Below, piece after piece: positions 46,765-57,596 of a DNA stretch of 64,000 nt; the stretch's first letter is position 1; the number at the start of each line of letters is the position of its first letter. Under the pieces are notes generated by a model, which worked only from the letters and a program-made list of their open reading frames with translations, did no database searches and had not been told where the DNA came from. Origin of the DNA: Pirellulaceae bacterium (lineage in GTDB: Bacteria; Planctomycetota; Planctomycetia; Pirellulales; Pirellulaceae); the NCBI GenBank assembly GCA_045566075.1, contig JBJLEE010000005.1, positions 1 through 64,000 of the forward strand. The letters run 5' to 3'. The position numbers and the translations under genes were made by a program.

Positions 46765-48786
46765 ATGCTTCAGTTAACACGCTTGCTGCATTTAGTAATT
46801 GCTTCTTCAAAACCCATTGCCCAAAAGATCGCTGTCTCTCTATTGCTATTCATGGCAATGCAAACGAATTCCAAGGCAGCTAGACCAGGTGATGTTGACC
46901 GTGACGATCTTAGCGTAACCGTTGAATCCGCATTGCCGGTCAAAGACCGACCATGTCAGCTTGCCCTTGAAGTCAACGGCAGCACACCTGCAATCGAGTT
47001 ACAGGAGGCAGACGTATCGTTTTATATCGAGCTGCCTACAATCAAGACTCGCACAGTGCGATTACCGGGAATCTATGACGCCGTTAAATCTCGCATCAGT
47101 GTTCTTTGGATTCCAAAGCACACAGGTCTTTACCGTATTCACGCCAAAATCACCGGTGAAGATCGCCATGGTAAGCACGTGAGATTTAAAACGCCGAGTA
47201 CGAAACTCTACGTAACAAGTCGCCCTTTGCATTTCAATTACTGGCAGGCAAAAGACGAGCAACGCTTTGTTACTTCCGTAATGGATAACTCTGACAGCAA
47301 CGCCTCAGCTATTCGCTGGACACAACGCGGTGTATTGCCACTAGGTTACAAGAGCGGGCAATGGCATTGGGCTCATGGTTTTGACTCCGTAGAAAAGATG
47401 ACCGGCCTTTGGACGGCTATTCCTGAGAAACGTACCGGAATTGTAATTGATGAATTTGGCGGTGGAGACGATGTTGATCAACAACTTGGCGAAGCCCTGC
47501 TATTGACACGCAAACAGCACCCTAACATCTTCATTGCACCATATTGTCTCTCCGTCAGCGGAAAGCAAATGATTGCCGGATATCGTGCATCCGACCTAAT
47601 TCTTGTAGAAACCTATACGTCTGACTGGAGATGGGACGGCACAATTGTTGGTCGTTGGCAAACCGCTGTAGATGCTGGGCTGAAGGACAAAAGCATTGCG
47701 GTATTAGGACTTGGAAGCAACTGGATCGGAACAGAACGGGAATTACGCAGGGTCTTTCAGATGATCAGAGCCACTTGTCCGGAAATGTGTGGCGTTGGAT
47801 TCTTCCCAGACGTACCGCCACGTCTAATTCAAGCCGTCGACTCAGCAATCGAAGACTTCTTTCTAAGGCCAGTTGTGGAAGTTCAGATTAATAACGAACA
47901 TTTCACCCTGCGCAACATTGGCGAATCAACCGCATTTAACACTGAGTTAAGATTCAGAGATCGAAATGGAACACGCATCGCCCCAAACAAAGTCATTGCT
48001 AGCTTAACACCGTGGTCGGAATATCGAGATCGGCTTCCGCCGGGAACGTCAAATGTAGATATAAAATCTGCACCGGAGCGTTATACAGTCCTCGACTATC
48101 AACCACCACTAAAGTCTGAACAGCTCGATGTGGAAGCATCACTTGATTCAAGGCGATTCAAAAACGAAACGTTAAATGGTGATGTTTCTAATCTAGAAAT
48201 CATGGCGGACAAAATGGCCATTACTCGTGATGAAAGCAACAATGTTTCGAACGCATCAACATCAATTCACGACACTAATGGAAAAGCATTTGCTATGACA
48301 TTTGATCTGAGTCCAAGAAGATGCTGGTTCTATGGCCATAACTCAGTATCACTGGTCGGCAATGGAGAATTGACCCTGACCTGGTCGAGACAGGATCACG
48401 ACGCAGGGATTCAGGCCAATCAATCACGGCCGGTTCTCGAATTCAAAGGCGTTGATGGCTATGTTGTGCGCGAAGTTTCTACAATCGGCTTTCGAGAAAA
48501 TGAAACTTATCATGTGATGCTGTCCTATGATGGTTCAGAATCTGTACGTGTAATAATTACTAGCAACAAAGAAGAAGTAGAAGAAGTCCTCTGGGACAGT
48601 CAGCGACTGCCAGCGATTGGCGGATTCAGTTGCAATAAATTGCGATTTGACGTTAATGCATATCCAAGAAGTACAGTGACGATCGACAATAATTCATCTA
48701 GCATCCTGCTCCGAGGAGGTGGTGGAGAGTCCAACTCGCCTTATTGGTTAGAGTCAACCGTTTCTAACTTCAAGATTTTCCACTAA
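46765..48786 (+). CDS. Hypothetical secreted protein with a C-terminal concanavalin/LamG-like beta-sandwich region (tentative)
   Basis: Signal peptide LLHLVIASSKPIAQKIAVSLLLFMAMQTNSKA. C-terminal TFDLSPRRCWFYGHNSVSLVGNGELTLTWSRQDHD...YHVMLSYDGSESVRVII is LamG-like. The protein is 673 aa. Confidence 0.55.
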   Translation: MLQLTRLLHLVIASSKPIAQKIAVSLLLFMAMQTNSKAARPGDVDRDDLSVTVESALPVKDRPCQLALEVNGSTPAIELQEADVSFYIELPTIKTRTVRLPGIYDAVKSRISVLWIPKHTGLYRIHAKITGEDRHGKHVRFKTPSTKLYVTSRPLHFNYWQAKDEQRFVTSVMDNSDSNASAIRWTQRGVLPLGYKSGQWHWAHGFDSVEKMTGLWTAIPEKRTGIVIDEFGGGDDVDQQLGEALLLTRKQHPNIFIAPYCLSVSGKQMIAGYRASDLILVETYTSDWRWDGTIVGRWQTAVDAGLKDKSIAVLGLGSNWIGTERELRRVFQMIRATCPEMCGVGFFPDVPPRLIQAVDSAIEDFFLRPVVEVQINNEHFTLRNIGESTAFNTELRFRDRNGTRIAPNKVIASLTPWSEYRDRLPPGTSNVDIKSAPERYTVLDYQPPLKSEQLDVEASLDSRRFKNETLNGDVSNLEIMADKMAITRDESNNVSNASTSIHDTNGKAFAMTFDLSPRRCWFYGHNSVSLVGNGELTLTWSRQDHDAGIQANQSRPVLEFKGVDGYVVREVSTIGFRENETYHVMLSYDGSESVRVIITSNKEEVEEVLWDSQRLPAIGGFSCNKLRFDVNAYPRSTVTIDNNSSSILLRGGGGESNSPYWLESTVSNFKIFH

Positions 48787-48958
48787 CGCATGACCTATTT
48801 CGTCGTAAGCCTGAAACTCTATTCGCCAGTCGAGAGCTGTTCAGTAGCAGGTAGCTCAGTTGCAGGTGATGTGGCAATCTCATCAGAGCCACACCCAACA
48901 ACACCAATAGCCAATACCGATACTATGGCTGCAATTACTATATAGAGGGTTCCGAAAA

Positions 48959-51287
48959 TTATTTTGTGCGAAATGCGTCGCTTAACGTAATTTCGACAAT
49001 CAGGTCGCGCAGGCCATGCTGTTGACGCTGCACGCGATCGACAAGCTCGAAAACCTCCGCATACTCGTGTCTCTGCAGTGTGCCACCGGTAGCATAGACC
49101 AGTAGTTTTTCGGTCAGGCAGCGGATTTGAAGTCTGCAGGCTGATCGATGAGTGCTTGTTTTAGTTGCTCTGCCCCATCCAGCTCTCGGCCATCCGCCAG
49201 CACCACGTCGGTCTGAATCTTGCGCCGATGCGTGTAGTTCTCCCGAAAGAGTCCAACTGGGTCGAACTGTTCCAGACTGAAGCCCAGCGGATCGATTTGT
49301 CGGTGACAAACGGCACAGGATTCCTGCTCCTGATGTTTTGCCAGTTGCTGTCGGATGGTGGTCGCTCCGCGGGTGTCCGGTTCGATTGGTTTAATATCAT
49401 CTGGTGGCGGCTTTACCTGTTTGCCAAGGATATTTTCCAGAATCCAGACGCCTCGCACCACGGGCGACGTTGCCGTGCCGTTCGATGTAACGGTAAGCAC
49501 GCTCGCCTGAGTAAGGACTCCGCCCCGTCGGGAATTATCCGGAAGGTGAACGCGTCGAAATTCGTCGCCGGCCACCCCGGCGATCCGTAATGTTGAGCGA
49601 GGCGTTCGTTAAGATAGGTGTAGTTGGAATGCAGCAGGTCGAGAACCGGGCCATTCGTCTCTAGCAGCGACTTGAAGAGCAACTGGCTTTCACGTTTCAT
49701 CGCCTCCTGCAGGTTGCCCGTGTAATAATCTGCAAACCGTTTTGGATCCGGCGGCATTTCCCCGAGCTTTCCGATTCCTAACCAGTTATCCACAAAACTG
49801 CGGATGAAATCTTCCGCACGGGGATCATCAAGCATCCGATCTACCTGTTTGATCAGTTGGTCGCGTGAGGGCATTCCCTGATCAGCGAGATCTCGCAGTT
49901 GCTGGTCCGGCATGGTGTTCCAGAGAAAATATGAGAGTCGATTGACTAGGCTGTAGGAATCAAGTTCCCCTTCCGTTTCATAGTGATATAGAAAAGCGGG
50001 CGAACCCAGTATGGCCTTCAAAGTTGTGTGGATCGCTTTCTCAAAAGGATGCCCGTTTTCCCGCAACTTTTGATAGAGGTCCAGAAAAGGTTGTACGCTG
50101 TCATCATCCACTTTGCGCCGGAAAGCACGCTGTACAAACGTGTGCAGTACCTCGCTTATGTACTGCTGGCTCTGTGGCTGCATTTGTTCTCCAAATACCA
50201 GCAGGTTACCGGCCGGTGGCCACTGGTCAAACAAAGGCCCTTCGACTTCCATCCAATAAACCCGTAACTGGGGCCCGTCATATTTTTCCATGATGGGTTG
50301 GCGGGTCTGACGGGCATCGGGACCGTATCGGTGTTTCACTAGATTTTTAAACGAACCGCGATGCCCATTGGCAAAGGAGACGATGGGTACCTGGCCTTTT
50401 TCCAGTCTGGCCGTGAAATGGAACGTCGTTGGTTTATCGTCCGGTACGTCGACTTCATCCACCAGTCGCCTTGAGCCGGCTTCAGCCTGTTTCCCGGGAG
50501 GCCCGACGCGAACCTTCATCCTAACCGGCCCGTCAATCTGCCCCACTCCCTTAAAGTCAGAATGCAGCGACATGGCATGCACTCGTATGTGATAGTTCCC
50601 TTGAGCTAGTTCGGCGATATCTTTTGATCCGGGCCGGAATTGCTGAAATCCGTCCTCGGTACCGGTCACAATCTTGACATAATCACCATTTTGATAGACC
50701 GGTCGGGTTGCATCCTCAGGAAGTATCCGGTGGATCTCGCTGATCGGTTGCGGGCCGAAGCGGATCGCTCGGTGCAGCACGTCATCGGCTGCCAGCATGG
50801 CTTCCCGCATTAGGGCAGGTGAAAATACCAACGCGAAACCGACATTATCGGTTCCGGCAAATTCATTGTCTGGTGGAAAGGATCGGGAGGGATTGTACTC
50901 GATATCGACACGCAAAAGATCACGCAGGGTATGGTTATACTCTCGCTGGTTGAGTCGTCTCATCAGCGTACCGCGGGGAATGGTGGTTTCGGTCTGCTGA
51001 TCGAGTCGTCCAGAAAGGACGCCGATGATATCGATCAGCTCGGTCGTGGTAGGTTGCTTAGCCTCGCGCGGTGGCATCTGACGGTAGGCCAGTTGGTCAA
51101 AGATATTCTTCAGCTGCGACGATGTCAGCGGTTGGTTGAAATTAAGATCGCCAGCGGGATCTTGATTGCCGTGGCAGTCGCTGCAGTACTGCCTCAGAAA
51201 CAGGCGAAGCGGCGCTTCTGCCCCGAGCAGCTCCTGTTGGAATTGACAGATCAATATTAGGGCGGTCAGTAGTGGGCTCAAGAGCAT
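48959..51287 (-). pseudogene. DUF1592-group protein with cytochrome-c motifs (DUF1587...DUF1585-DUF1588 architecture) broken into three frames by two single-base frameshifts. These are either pseudogenisation or sequencing errors
   Basis: The main ORF 49413-51389 (658 aa) carries a signal peptide and YCSDCHGNQDPAGDLNF (CxxCH). The overlapping frame 49114-49575 carries CAVCHRQIDPLGFSLEQFDPVG and GGVLTQASVLTVTSNGTATSPVVRGVWILEN. The third frame 48959-49309 carries the family C-terminus LVDRVQRQQHGLRDLIVEITLSDAFRTK. The two junctions restore to one polypeptide with a 1-nt change at a short homopolymer (about 49584 and about 49126-49128). The start was set at the internal MLLSPLL signal peptide. 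Confidence 0.5.
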
Positions 51288-51309
51288 ATATGGTGATTTG
51301 AGCTTCACG

Positions 51310-52587
51310 TTAGAACAACTCCGACATATTTCCGCGGCTGCTGCTAAACGAGTCAGTTTCCACGCCCATCCACTGCAGCATGGAGACATAGAGATCGCAC
51401 AGAGGTTTACTGTCCTGCTCGTATTTCAGCGAGCTTCCGTGTTTCATGTTCCCACCGGCCAGGAGTACGGGTAGATTACGGTTGGAATGGCTGCTGGCAT
51501 TGCCCATTCCACTGCCGAAATAAATCAGCGTATGATCAAGCATGGATCCATTTTCTTCGGGGATATCTTTGAGTGTCTGGATGAAGTGTGCCAGTTCTTT
51601 GATGTATTCCAGTTCGATCTGTTTGAGTTGTTCGATTTTCTTTGGATCCTGACCATGATGACTCAGCGAGTGATATCCATCATTGATGCCATCCAGTTTT
51701 AGTACGCCGTTGCCGCCGGGTACATGCATGGTGACTATGCGGGTTGAGTCGGTGCGGAATGCGAGTGCACAGAGGTCGAACATACTGCGCATGGCAACGA
51801 AGCGGCGTTCTTCGCCGCCGGACTTGTGCTGCAGGGCATCTTCACTACCGGGGACCACCGGTTTGTCCTTTCCGATCCAGTAGCCGGCGCGGCTGAGCCG
51901 CCGTTGGGTTTCCTCGATCGCATTGAGGTATTCCTGAAACTTGTGACGATCCTGCGAGCTGAGTTTTTTTTCCAACTGCCTGGCACTGCGGGCAACCGTG
52001 TCGAGGACGCTTTTTTCAATATTAATTTCGCCGGTGGCCTGCTCTTTCTGTGAGGCGAGCAGAGGTTTGAAAAGCATATCAAAAAGCTGCGCCGGATCGC
52101 CGATGCCCCGCATTTTGACGCCATAGCGATTCCATGACCAGGAGTTGCTTCCATGTAGATCCAAGGTGAGCGATGGGAAGCGGGTGTTGTTTCCGATCCG
52201 GTCAGCAGCGTACTGGTCCATGGAGTACATGGACGATTTTGAGAAGCTGAACCGTTCTCCGGTGAGGAACCCCTGCACTCCTTTGTGGCCGCCGCCGAGT
52301 TGATGGTCGAGACCTTCGATTACGGTGAATAATTCACGGACGTTTTGGAGCGGTTGCAATAGTTCCGGAAGCCTGTAGTTCGATCCGGTGGTTGTGGGAA
52401 AAAATGCAGGCGCGTGCATCCCGTACTCCGTCCCGACGCAGACCAGTCTTTTTGGGGGCTTGGAGGATTGTGCGGCGAGTTGGTTTATGGACGGGAAGAA
52501 CGGTAGCGTGGAGCAGAGCCCGAGTCGTTGGATAAACTGTCGCCGTTGTTGTCGGTGCCGGCTGTTGGAGTTGTGTTGGTTCTGCAT
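51310..52587 (-). CDS. DUF1552-family protein (Tat-signal periplasmic partner of DUF1592-group proteins)
   Basis: Twin-arginine signal SRHRQQRRQFIQRLGL. Family-typical blocks SVLDTVARSARQLEKKLSSQDRHKFQEYLNAIEETQRRL and MLDHTLIYFGSGMGNASSHSNRNLPVLLAGG. Lies directly upstream of the DUF1592-group gene. Confidence 0.65.
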   Translation of the reverse strand: MQNQHNSNSRHRQQRRQFIQRLGLCSTLPFFPSINQLAAQSSKPPKRLVCVGTEYGMHAPAFFPTTTGSNYRLPELLQPLQNVRELFTVIEGLDHQLGGGHKGVQGFLTGERFSFSKSSMYSMDQYAADRIGNNTRFPSLTLDLHGSNSWSWNRYGVKMRGIGDPAQLFDMLFKPLLASQKEQATGEINIEKSVLDTVARSARQLEKKLSSQDRHKFQEYLNAIEETQRRLSRAGYWIGKDKPVVPGSEDALQHKSGGEERRFVAMRSMFDLCALAFRTDSTRIVTMHVPGGNGVLKLDGINDGYHSLSHHGQDPKKIEQLKQIELEYIKELAHFIQTLKDIPEENGSMLDHTLIYFGSGMGNASSHSNRNLPVLLAGGNMKHGSSLKYEQDSKPLCDLYVSMLQWMGVETDSFSSSRGNMSELF

Positions 52588-53089
52588 GGAACCGGGATAG
52601 GCTGGTGGTTTGAAGCGGGGATGTTTTGATAGCCGTTGCTATTTTAACAGCGGAAGTGAAAAGAGGCCAGTTTGCACTTATACCGGGATCATTACTTCCA
52701 TTGCCGGCACGGCCAATGCTGATTTCGCTAAGCCCAAGACGCTTGGTTATGAAACTAAGTAAAGCCAAAACATGATAACCCCTGAGAATATAGCCAACGC
52801 TTCAAGAGAACACCCAAGACACCCTAAGCCCTTATCATCCTCTTCTCCTATTACCAATTGTTGATTATCGCTTGGCTCTTTCTCGTTTAATGGTTCATAA
52901 AGCATGAAGCTAACCTCCAAAACACTGAGACGATTAAACCTGGGTTTGGCACCTTTTCTGGCTCTAGCCCATCCATTTGTTACTGCTTCTTGTATTTGTT
53001 GATGAAGGTGTTGAAGGGCTTCTGGGTACCTTAAGTTTTCGACCTGCTAAGGCTTTTGGCCAGTTCTTGAGCGATGGAATTTAAGCCGT

Positions 53090-54202
53090 TCAAGGGGATA
53101 CGTTTTTTTGACCGGCCTTGATCCGAGTCGAGACCAATTCGTGTGAGAAAACCCGCTGGCCTTTGTGAAACACTTCCATTGTCTGTTCAGTTTTATCGTC
53201 GCCAACACGGCGGCTAACGGTGACAGTTTTGTTGTCTGACGGGGACGTGGTCGGAAAGAAATAGCTGGAGGTGGTGCGTGTAGAGGGATCGTACCGCTCG
53301 TATGAAATTGTCTCCGGGTTTTCACCCCATTTTGCACGGTAAACAAAAAGATTTTCGACCGCATTGAATGTCTGGAGGCCGCGGTAGGTCACCGGTTGGC
53401 CATTTTCTAACAGATCGAACTGATACTCTAACGATTTCCCTCTTTCCTTCCAGCGAACTGTCTTGGTCATTTTAACTAGTTGGGGTTCTCCGTTTTCGGA
53501 CATGCGTTGTCCCGTAATGCTCCACTCGCCGATTTCCCAAGCCATGATTTCGGCAGCTTGCTCGTTTGTAAGTCCCACAGCCATGTCGTTAGTTTTGTAC
53601 TCGTCCCGACTTTTGTCGCTGCTCTTTTTATCAGCGGGAAGATCTGCAGTCTCTTCGGTGTTAACCAAGGGTGTTAAAATCATTTCGCGAGAAAAGACAA
53701 CCTTATCATCCAACTCGAATATACTTTTGATCAGGATTTTGTCATTACTGACCAGCTGGCACTTCTGGGTTTCCTTAGCCCCGTCGGGGTGAATATGTGT
53801 CCCCTGATAGGTCTTGGTTGCCGGATCGTAATGGTCCTGGCCTGAAGTCACAGGAAACCCTTCGTCCTCGGTACGCCATATGAACACGTCGTCCTGAGGA
53901 TCGTATTCCCGCTGCGTGACAACGGGAACTCTCTTCCCATTGATTAATGGACTAACAGTGAACTCGATATATTTCCCCTCGACCCCCAAACGAGTCTCTA
54001 ATATGTCGTCAAAAAGTTCCACGTCGCCGCCCACGGGGATGTTCTTCCCTGTAATTTTCCATTGCCCAATACCCACAAGCCGAACCACTCGGATTAAAGC
54101 TTCCTGGTCCCAGTAGTTTTGTTGCGACTTTGGATTTTCATTTTCTGAGCGGATGCCACACCCAGCCAGCACTAGCACAATCAGTATTAGAAATCGTTTC
54201 AT
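53090..54202 (-). CDS. Lipoprotein of unknown function with two internally repeated beta-rich domains
   Basis: Lipobox MKRFLILIVLVLAGC. Two related segments: WAIGEWKITGKNIPVGGDVELFDDILETRLGVEGKYIEF... and WEIGEWSITGQRMSENGEPQLVKMTKTVRWKERGKSLEYQF... Confidence 0.6.
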   Translation of the reverse strand: MKRFLILIVLVLAGCGIRSENENPKSQQNYWDQEALIRVVRLVGIGQWKITGKNIPVGGDVELFDDILETRLGVEGKYIEFTVSPLINGKRVPVVTQREYDPQDDVFIWRTEDEGFPVTSGQDHYDPATKTYQGTHIHPDGAKETQKCQLVSNDKILIKSIFELDDKVVFSREMILTPLVNTEETADLPADKKSSDKSRDEYKTNDMAVGLTNEQAAEIMAWEIGEWSITGQRMSENGEPQLVKMTKTVRWKERGKSLEYQFDLLENGQPVTYRGLQTFNAVENLFVYRAKWGENPETISYERYDPSTRTTSSYFFPTTSPSDNKTVTVSRRVGDDKTEQTMEVFHKGQRVFSHELVSTRIKAGQKNVSP

Positions 54203-54514
54203 CTTGTCATCCTTTTTCTTGATGTAAGTCTCTACTCATCATAGGTGCATTACTCGGCGATTCAGGGCGCGGATGATTAGAGTTCCGGTGATGGTGATTC
54301 ACAATCACCCACAAATTCGCCGCGCGACCTACCTCAAGACCACCGAGGAAATTCAGGCAATGCCCGTGAAGAGCGGCCGGAACACGCTCGGCCCGCAAAT
54401 CGCAATCTCTTGAAGTCGAGACAACGACAACTTTTGCCGTGATGCCTGCCATCTGATAAGATCGGCTGGCGTTGTCGCATCAGGTTAGCGTTTAGCAGTT
54501 TCATCGAGTGCCCC

Positions 54515-55105
54515 ATGAGACATATTAGCGAAATCAATCATTGCATTCCCAACAGCCGCGCTTACTGGTGTGCCAAGTGCCAGTGCCATAGCCAGTACGA
54601 GTTCAAAGCTTCTGGGAGCCGCCAAAACCAGACGGTTTCCTATCTCTGCCTTCACTGTGGGTTCCATCTCTTCCGCCCCAAGGACGTGAAACCCTGGATG
54701 AACGGCTTGCTGGGGTTTACCTTGCTGACGGCAGTGCTCACAATCCTCTGCGGAATCCATTTCTACGTGACGGCTATCCCCTCCCTCTTTTTCCTAGATG
54801 AATTCGTCGAGCGGAATGGCCTGATTGTCATGGTAGGATTGGCGATTTTCACCGCCTTGATTGGCCTGATGATGCGTAAATATCTCCGCGACTGGAACGT
54901 TTGGTGCAGCCAGCAACGGAGAAAATCCACCGCAGAACTGGAGACCGAGGCATTGCAACATCCGCACCAGCCGGTGTATGGAGATTCCGAAACTTATTTC
55001 GATGAGTGGGCGAGCCAATTTCTCAGTAAAGGGCAGGTACGCGCATTGACGCTCAAGTACCGTCCGGAGCCAGCTAGTGAGGACAACCGCCTTTTCCCTG
55101 ATTGA
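54515..55105 (+). CDS. Hypothetical membrane protein with an N-terminal Cys4 zinc-ribbon
   Basis: CIPNSRAYWCAKCQ...CLHCGF (CxxC...CxxC), followed by two hydrophobic helices LLGFTLLTAVLTILCGIHFYV and LIVMVGLAIFTALIGLMM. Confidence 0.45.
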   Translation: MRHISEINHCIPNSRAYWCAKCQCHSQYEFKASGSRQNQTVSYLCLHCGFHLFRPKDVKPWMNGLLGFTLLTAVLTILCGIHFYVTAIPSLFFLDEFVERNGLIVMVGLAIFTALIGLMMRKYLRDWNVWCSQQRRKSTAELETEALQHPHQPVYGDSETYFDEWASQFLSKGQVRALTLKYRPEPASEDNRLFPD

Positions 55106-55259
55106 TCCGGGGAAACGAAAACTTATCCCCGCCGCTCAATCAAGAGTGCCACGACCTGACAAAGTTGCATCCGCGCCACCCCCTGCGCCACCCGAGAAGT
55201 GCCTTGCTCTAACGCTGCTTCTATATATAAAGGGTTTTGACCACCACCGTTCGAGTCCC

Positions 55260-57254
55260 TCATCGCCCGCTTGCAGTTTTGACTTTGCCTAACTCACCTT
55301 GACTTGCAAAGTTGTCGAGTTGACGAACTGATATGGACAGTGCCTTGATGGCTTCTCGGCGAGAATAGGTTAGAAATTCCGGTGAGAAAGGTACGCGTAG
55401 ACTTCGCCATGCGCCTCTGTGACTGTTTACCCAACCGCAGCGTCCTTCGATTAAGGCTGACTCGTCAGTTGATTGATCCATGAGGCAGCGCGCGACCGGA
55501 TTTGCTCGAGGTCCTTTGGCGGTGTTGGCTGTGATTTCCACCCGACTTTCTGCTGAGGGGGACTCCGCCTTCAGGCCAGCCAGCCATCGCCTGGCAGTGT
55601 GTGCTATCTCAGTATCGCCAGCTTTCTCGATCGCTTGTTCCAGAGTAGTGATATAACGGACATCGTCGACTCCCTCTCGAAATCCTTCCCATTGGATCGT
55701 TCCAACAACGCCATTTATGGTTGGGTAGGAGAAGCAGTGGTCACGGAAATTCTCGCTGTCGAAATCGTTCCAGATGTGGCCGTAGGCCCATTGGTAGGCA
55801 AAGGTCATGGCGCCATCGTAGTCAGCCTTCCAGAGCGCCAATCCATAGTTGTATCGATAGAGCAACGGCTCTTCGACGCCCACCTGCGGATTGCTGTAGC
55901 TGAAGATTTCCGATCCCACGCTGTGCCACCGTTTTGCCTTCTCCGGCTGACATCCACCGGACCAGACCAGCACATTAAGCAGGCCTCCCATTACCTCGAA
56001 AGGATCTTCCTTCCAGGCCGAGGCGTACATCTTTCCGCCAGCCTTCTGTACGTTTGCCCACGACGGCTTTTGTATTCTGAGTTGGTTCCCGTGTGCTTCG
56101 TCCTCACCATACAAGTAGATGTCCTTGAAGCCAAAGCTCTTTGTCAACTTCCGCCAGCCCTCGATTTTTCCTGCGGAGTGGTGCGGCGCGCCAGCTGGCA
56201 TATTGATGAATAGTCGATCGTTGGACATCCCTGCTTCCTTTCGCAACTGCAGTACCCGTGGCACCAGGTCTTCCGAATACTTTTGCCACAGATTGGGATA
56301 GCGAACTCCGTGTGCAACCATATCGCTCAATTCGGCTCGCATTTGCTCTTCCGACTTGTAATGGGCGGCAATCGTGCCCGCGGGCTGCTCGTCACTCAAC
56401 TTGCCGGGGTAATAGATCGAGTAGATCATCTTTGGTTGAGCGAGCTCGAAGTCATACACCGTCACATCGATCGGAATATCGACCGACTTGATGCTCGTTG
56501 CGGATAGACGTATTGAGCCCGTGTATTTTCCGGCAGCAGCATCCTTGGGGGATGTGTAGCGTCAGCCAGAACTGTTTCATGGTGCCGGCAGGAATCGTCA
56601 CAGGTTGCAGCGTGGCGGCATCGACGGGCCGCAGTTCTTCCAGAGCTTTGGGATCTTTGCCACTGGCTGACAAGTACTTGGTCGAGCCGTCTTCCGCCGT
56701 GCTGCGCACGGAATTGGTTTCGTTCTCGCTGTCGACTCTCACAAGGTCGTCGTCTTTGAGAAGCAGTTCTGGAACTAATCGTTTTGACGCCGTCATGGAA
56801 CATTACGTCTCGCCCCTGCCTGATACCAACATTTGACTACATAAGGATCAAAGGACGACTTGGGAATCATGTGGCTATCGGAACGCAAGTCGCGGATCTC
56901 CAGCCGCAGGTTCTTCAGGTCCTGCGGAGCGAAAACAGCGAACGAAGCGGACTCATATTCATCACGACAACCAGCCAGAGTCAGTTTGCCCCCCGCCTCT
57001 CCCAGCGTTTTGGGAGACGAATGAGGAAGGATGCGATTGTTTGCCAGGGGATCAAGGCGGTAATAGGCGAACGGCTTGTCCGCCTGCTCGTTGGCGGCTT
57101 GCGCGGATGCAGACAGCAATAGGAGCAGGAGCAACACGGTTTTCCAGCGATTCCTGGAAAGGAAAGTGGAGGTGAAATACGCCCGCCCTTGTAAGCTAGT
57201 GCTGTATGACATTAGAAGTTCTCCCGCAGTGCGTGACTTATGGCGTAAATTCAA
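55260..57254 (-). pseudogene. Secreted protein (DUF4091-like putative glycoside hydrolase, tentative) split into three frames by two single-base frameshifts
   Basis: Frame A 56793-57254 has the signal peptide KTVLLLLLLLSASAQA. Frame B 56452-56796 reads ...KQFWLTLHIPQ. Frame C is 55260-56465. Removing one base from the GGGGG run at 56547-56551 gives the continuous read ...FWLTLHIPKDAAAGKYTGSIRLSATSIKSVDIPIDVTVYDFELAQPKMIYSIYYPG. The A/B junction at about 56795 is also a 1-nt shift near a short CC/GG run. Confidence 0.45.
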
Positions 57255-57596
57255 TTTTACAGGAAAGACTGTTTAGGCATAACGGTGTATCCACTTCATC
57301 GGAAAAGTAGGTTATGTATAGAAGTTGAAGGTAGGGGGCCTGTTTTCTGGCACCGTATGGATGAGTGGACTGCCACGGTATGAGCACGTGGTTTTCCATA
57401 AAAATGTAAGTTTGAGGCTTTCCCGATAGTCCCTCATCGCCCACTTAGAGATATTCTCTGACCTTTCATGACCTTCTATGACCGCTATATCTGGCACCAT
57501 ATTTTGAACAGTCGGCACCATGCAGGCAGTAGCTAAATGAGCGTCTGTTACTTTCAGATAAACTTGTTCTGCAACTCTTTCAGAGTTGCCTAAACG

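Noticed and set aside
52334-52768. 144-aa minus-strand ORF overlapping the 5' end of the DUF1552 gene, and 53047-53364 overlapping the lipoprotein gene
   Set aside because: Alternate-frame overlaps of better-supported genes. Proline/threonine-rich low-complexity translations.
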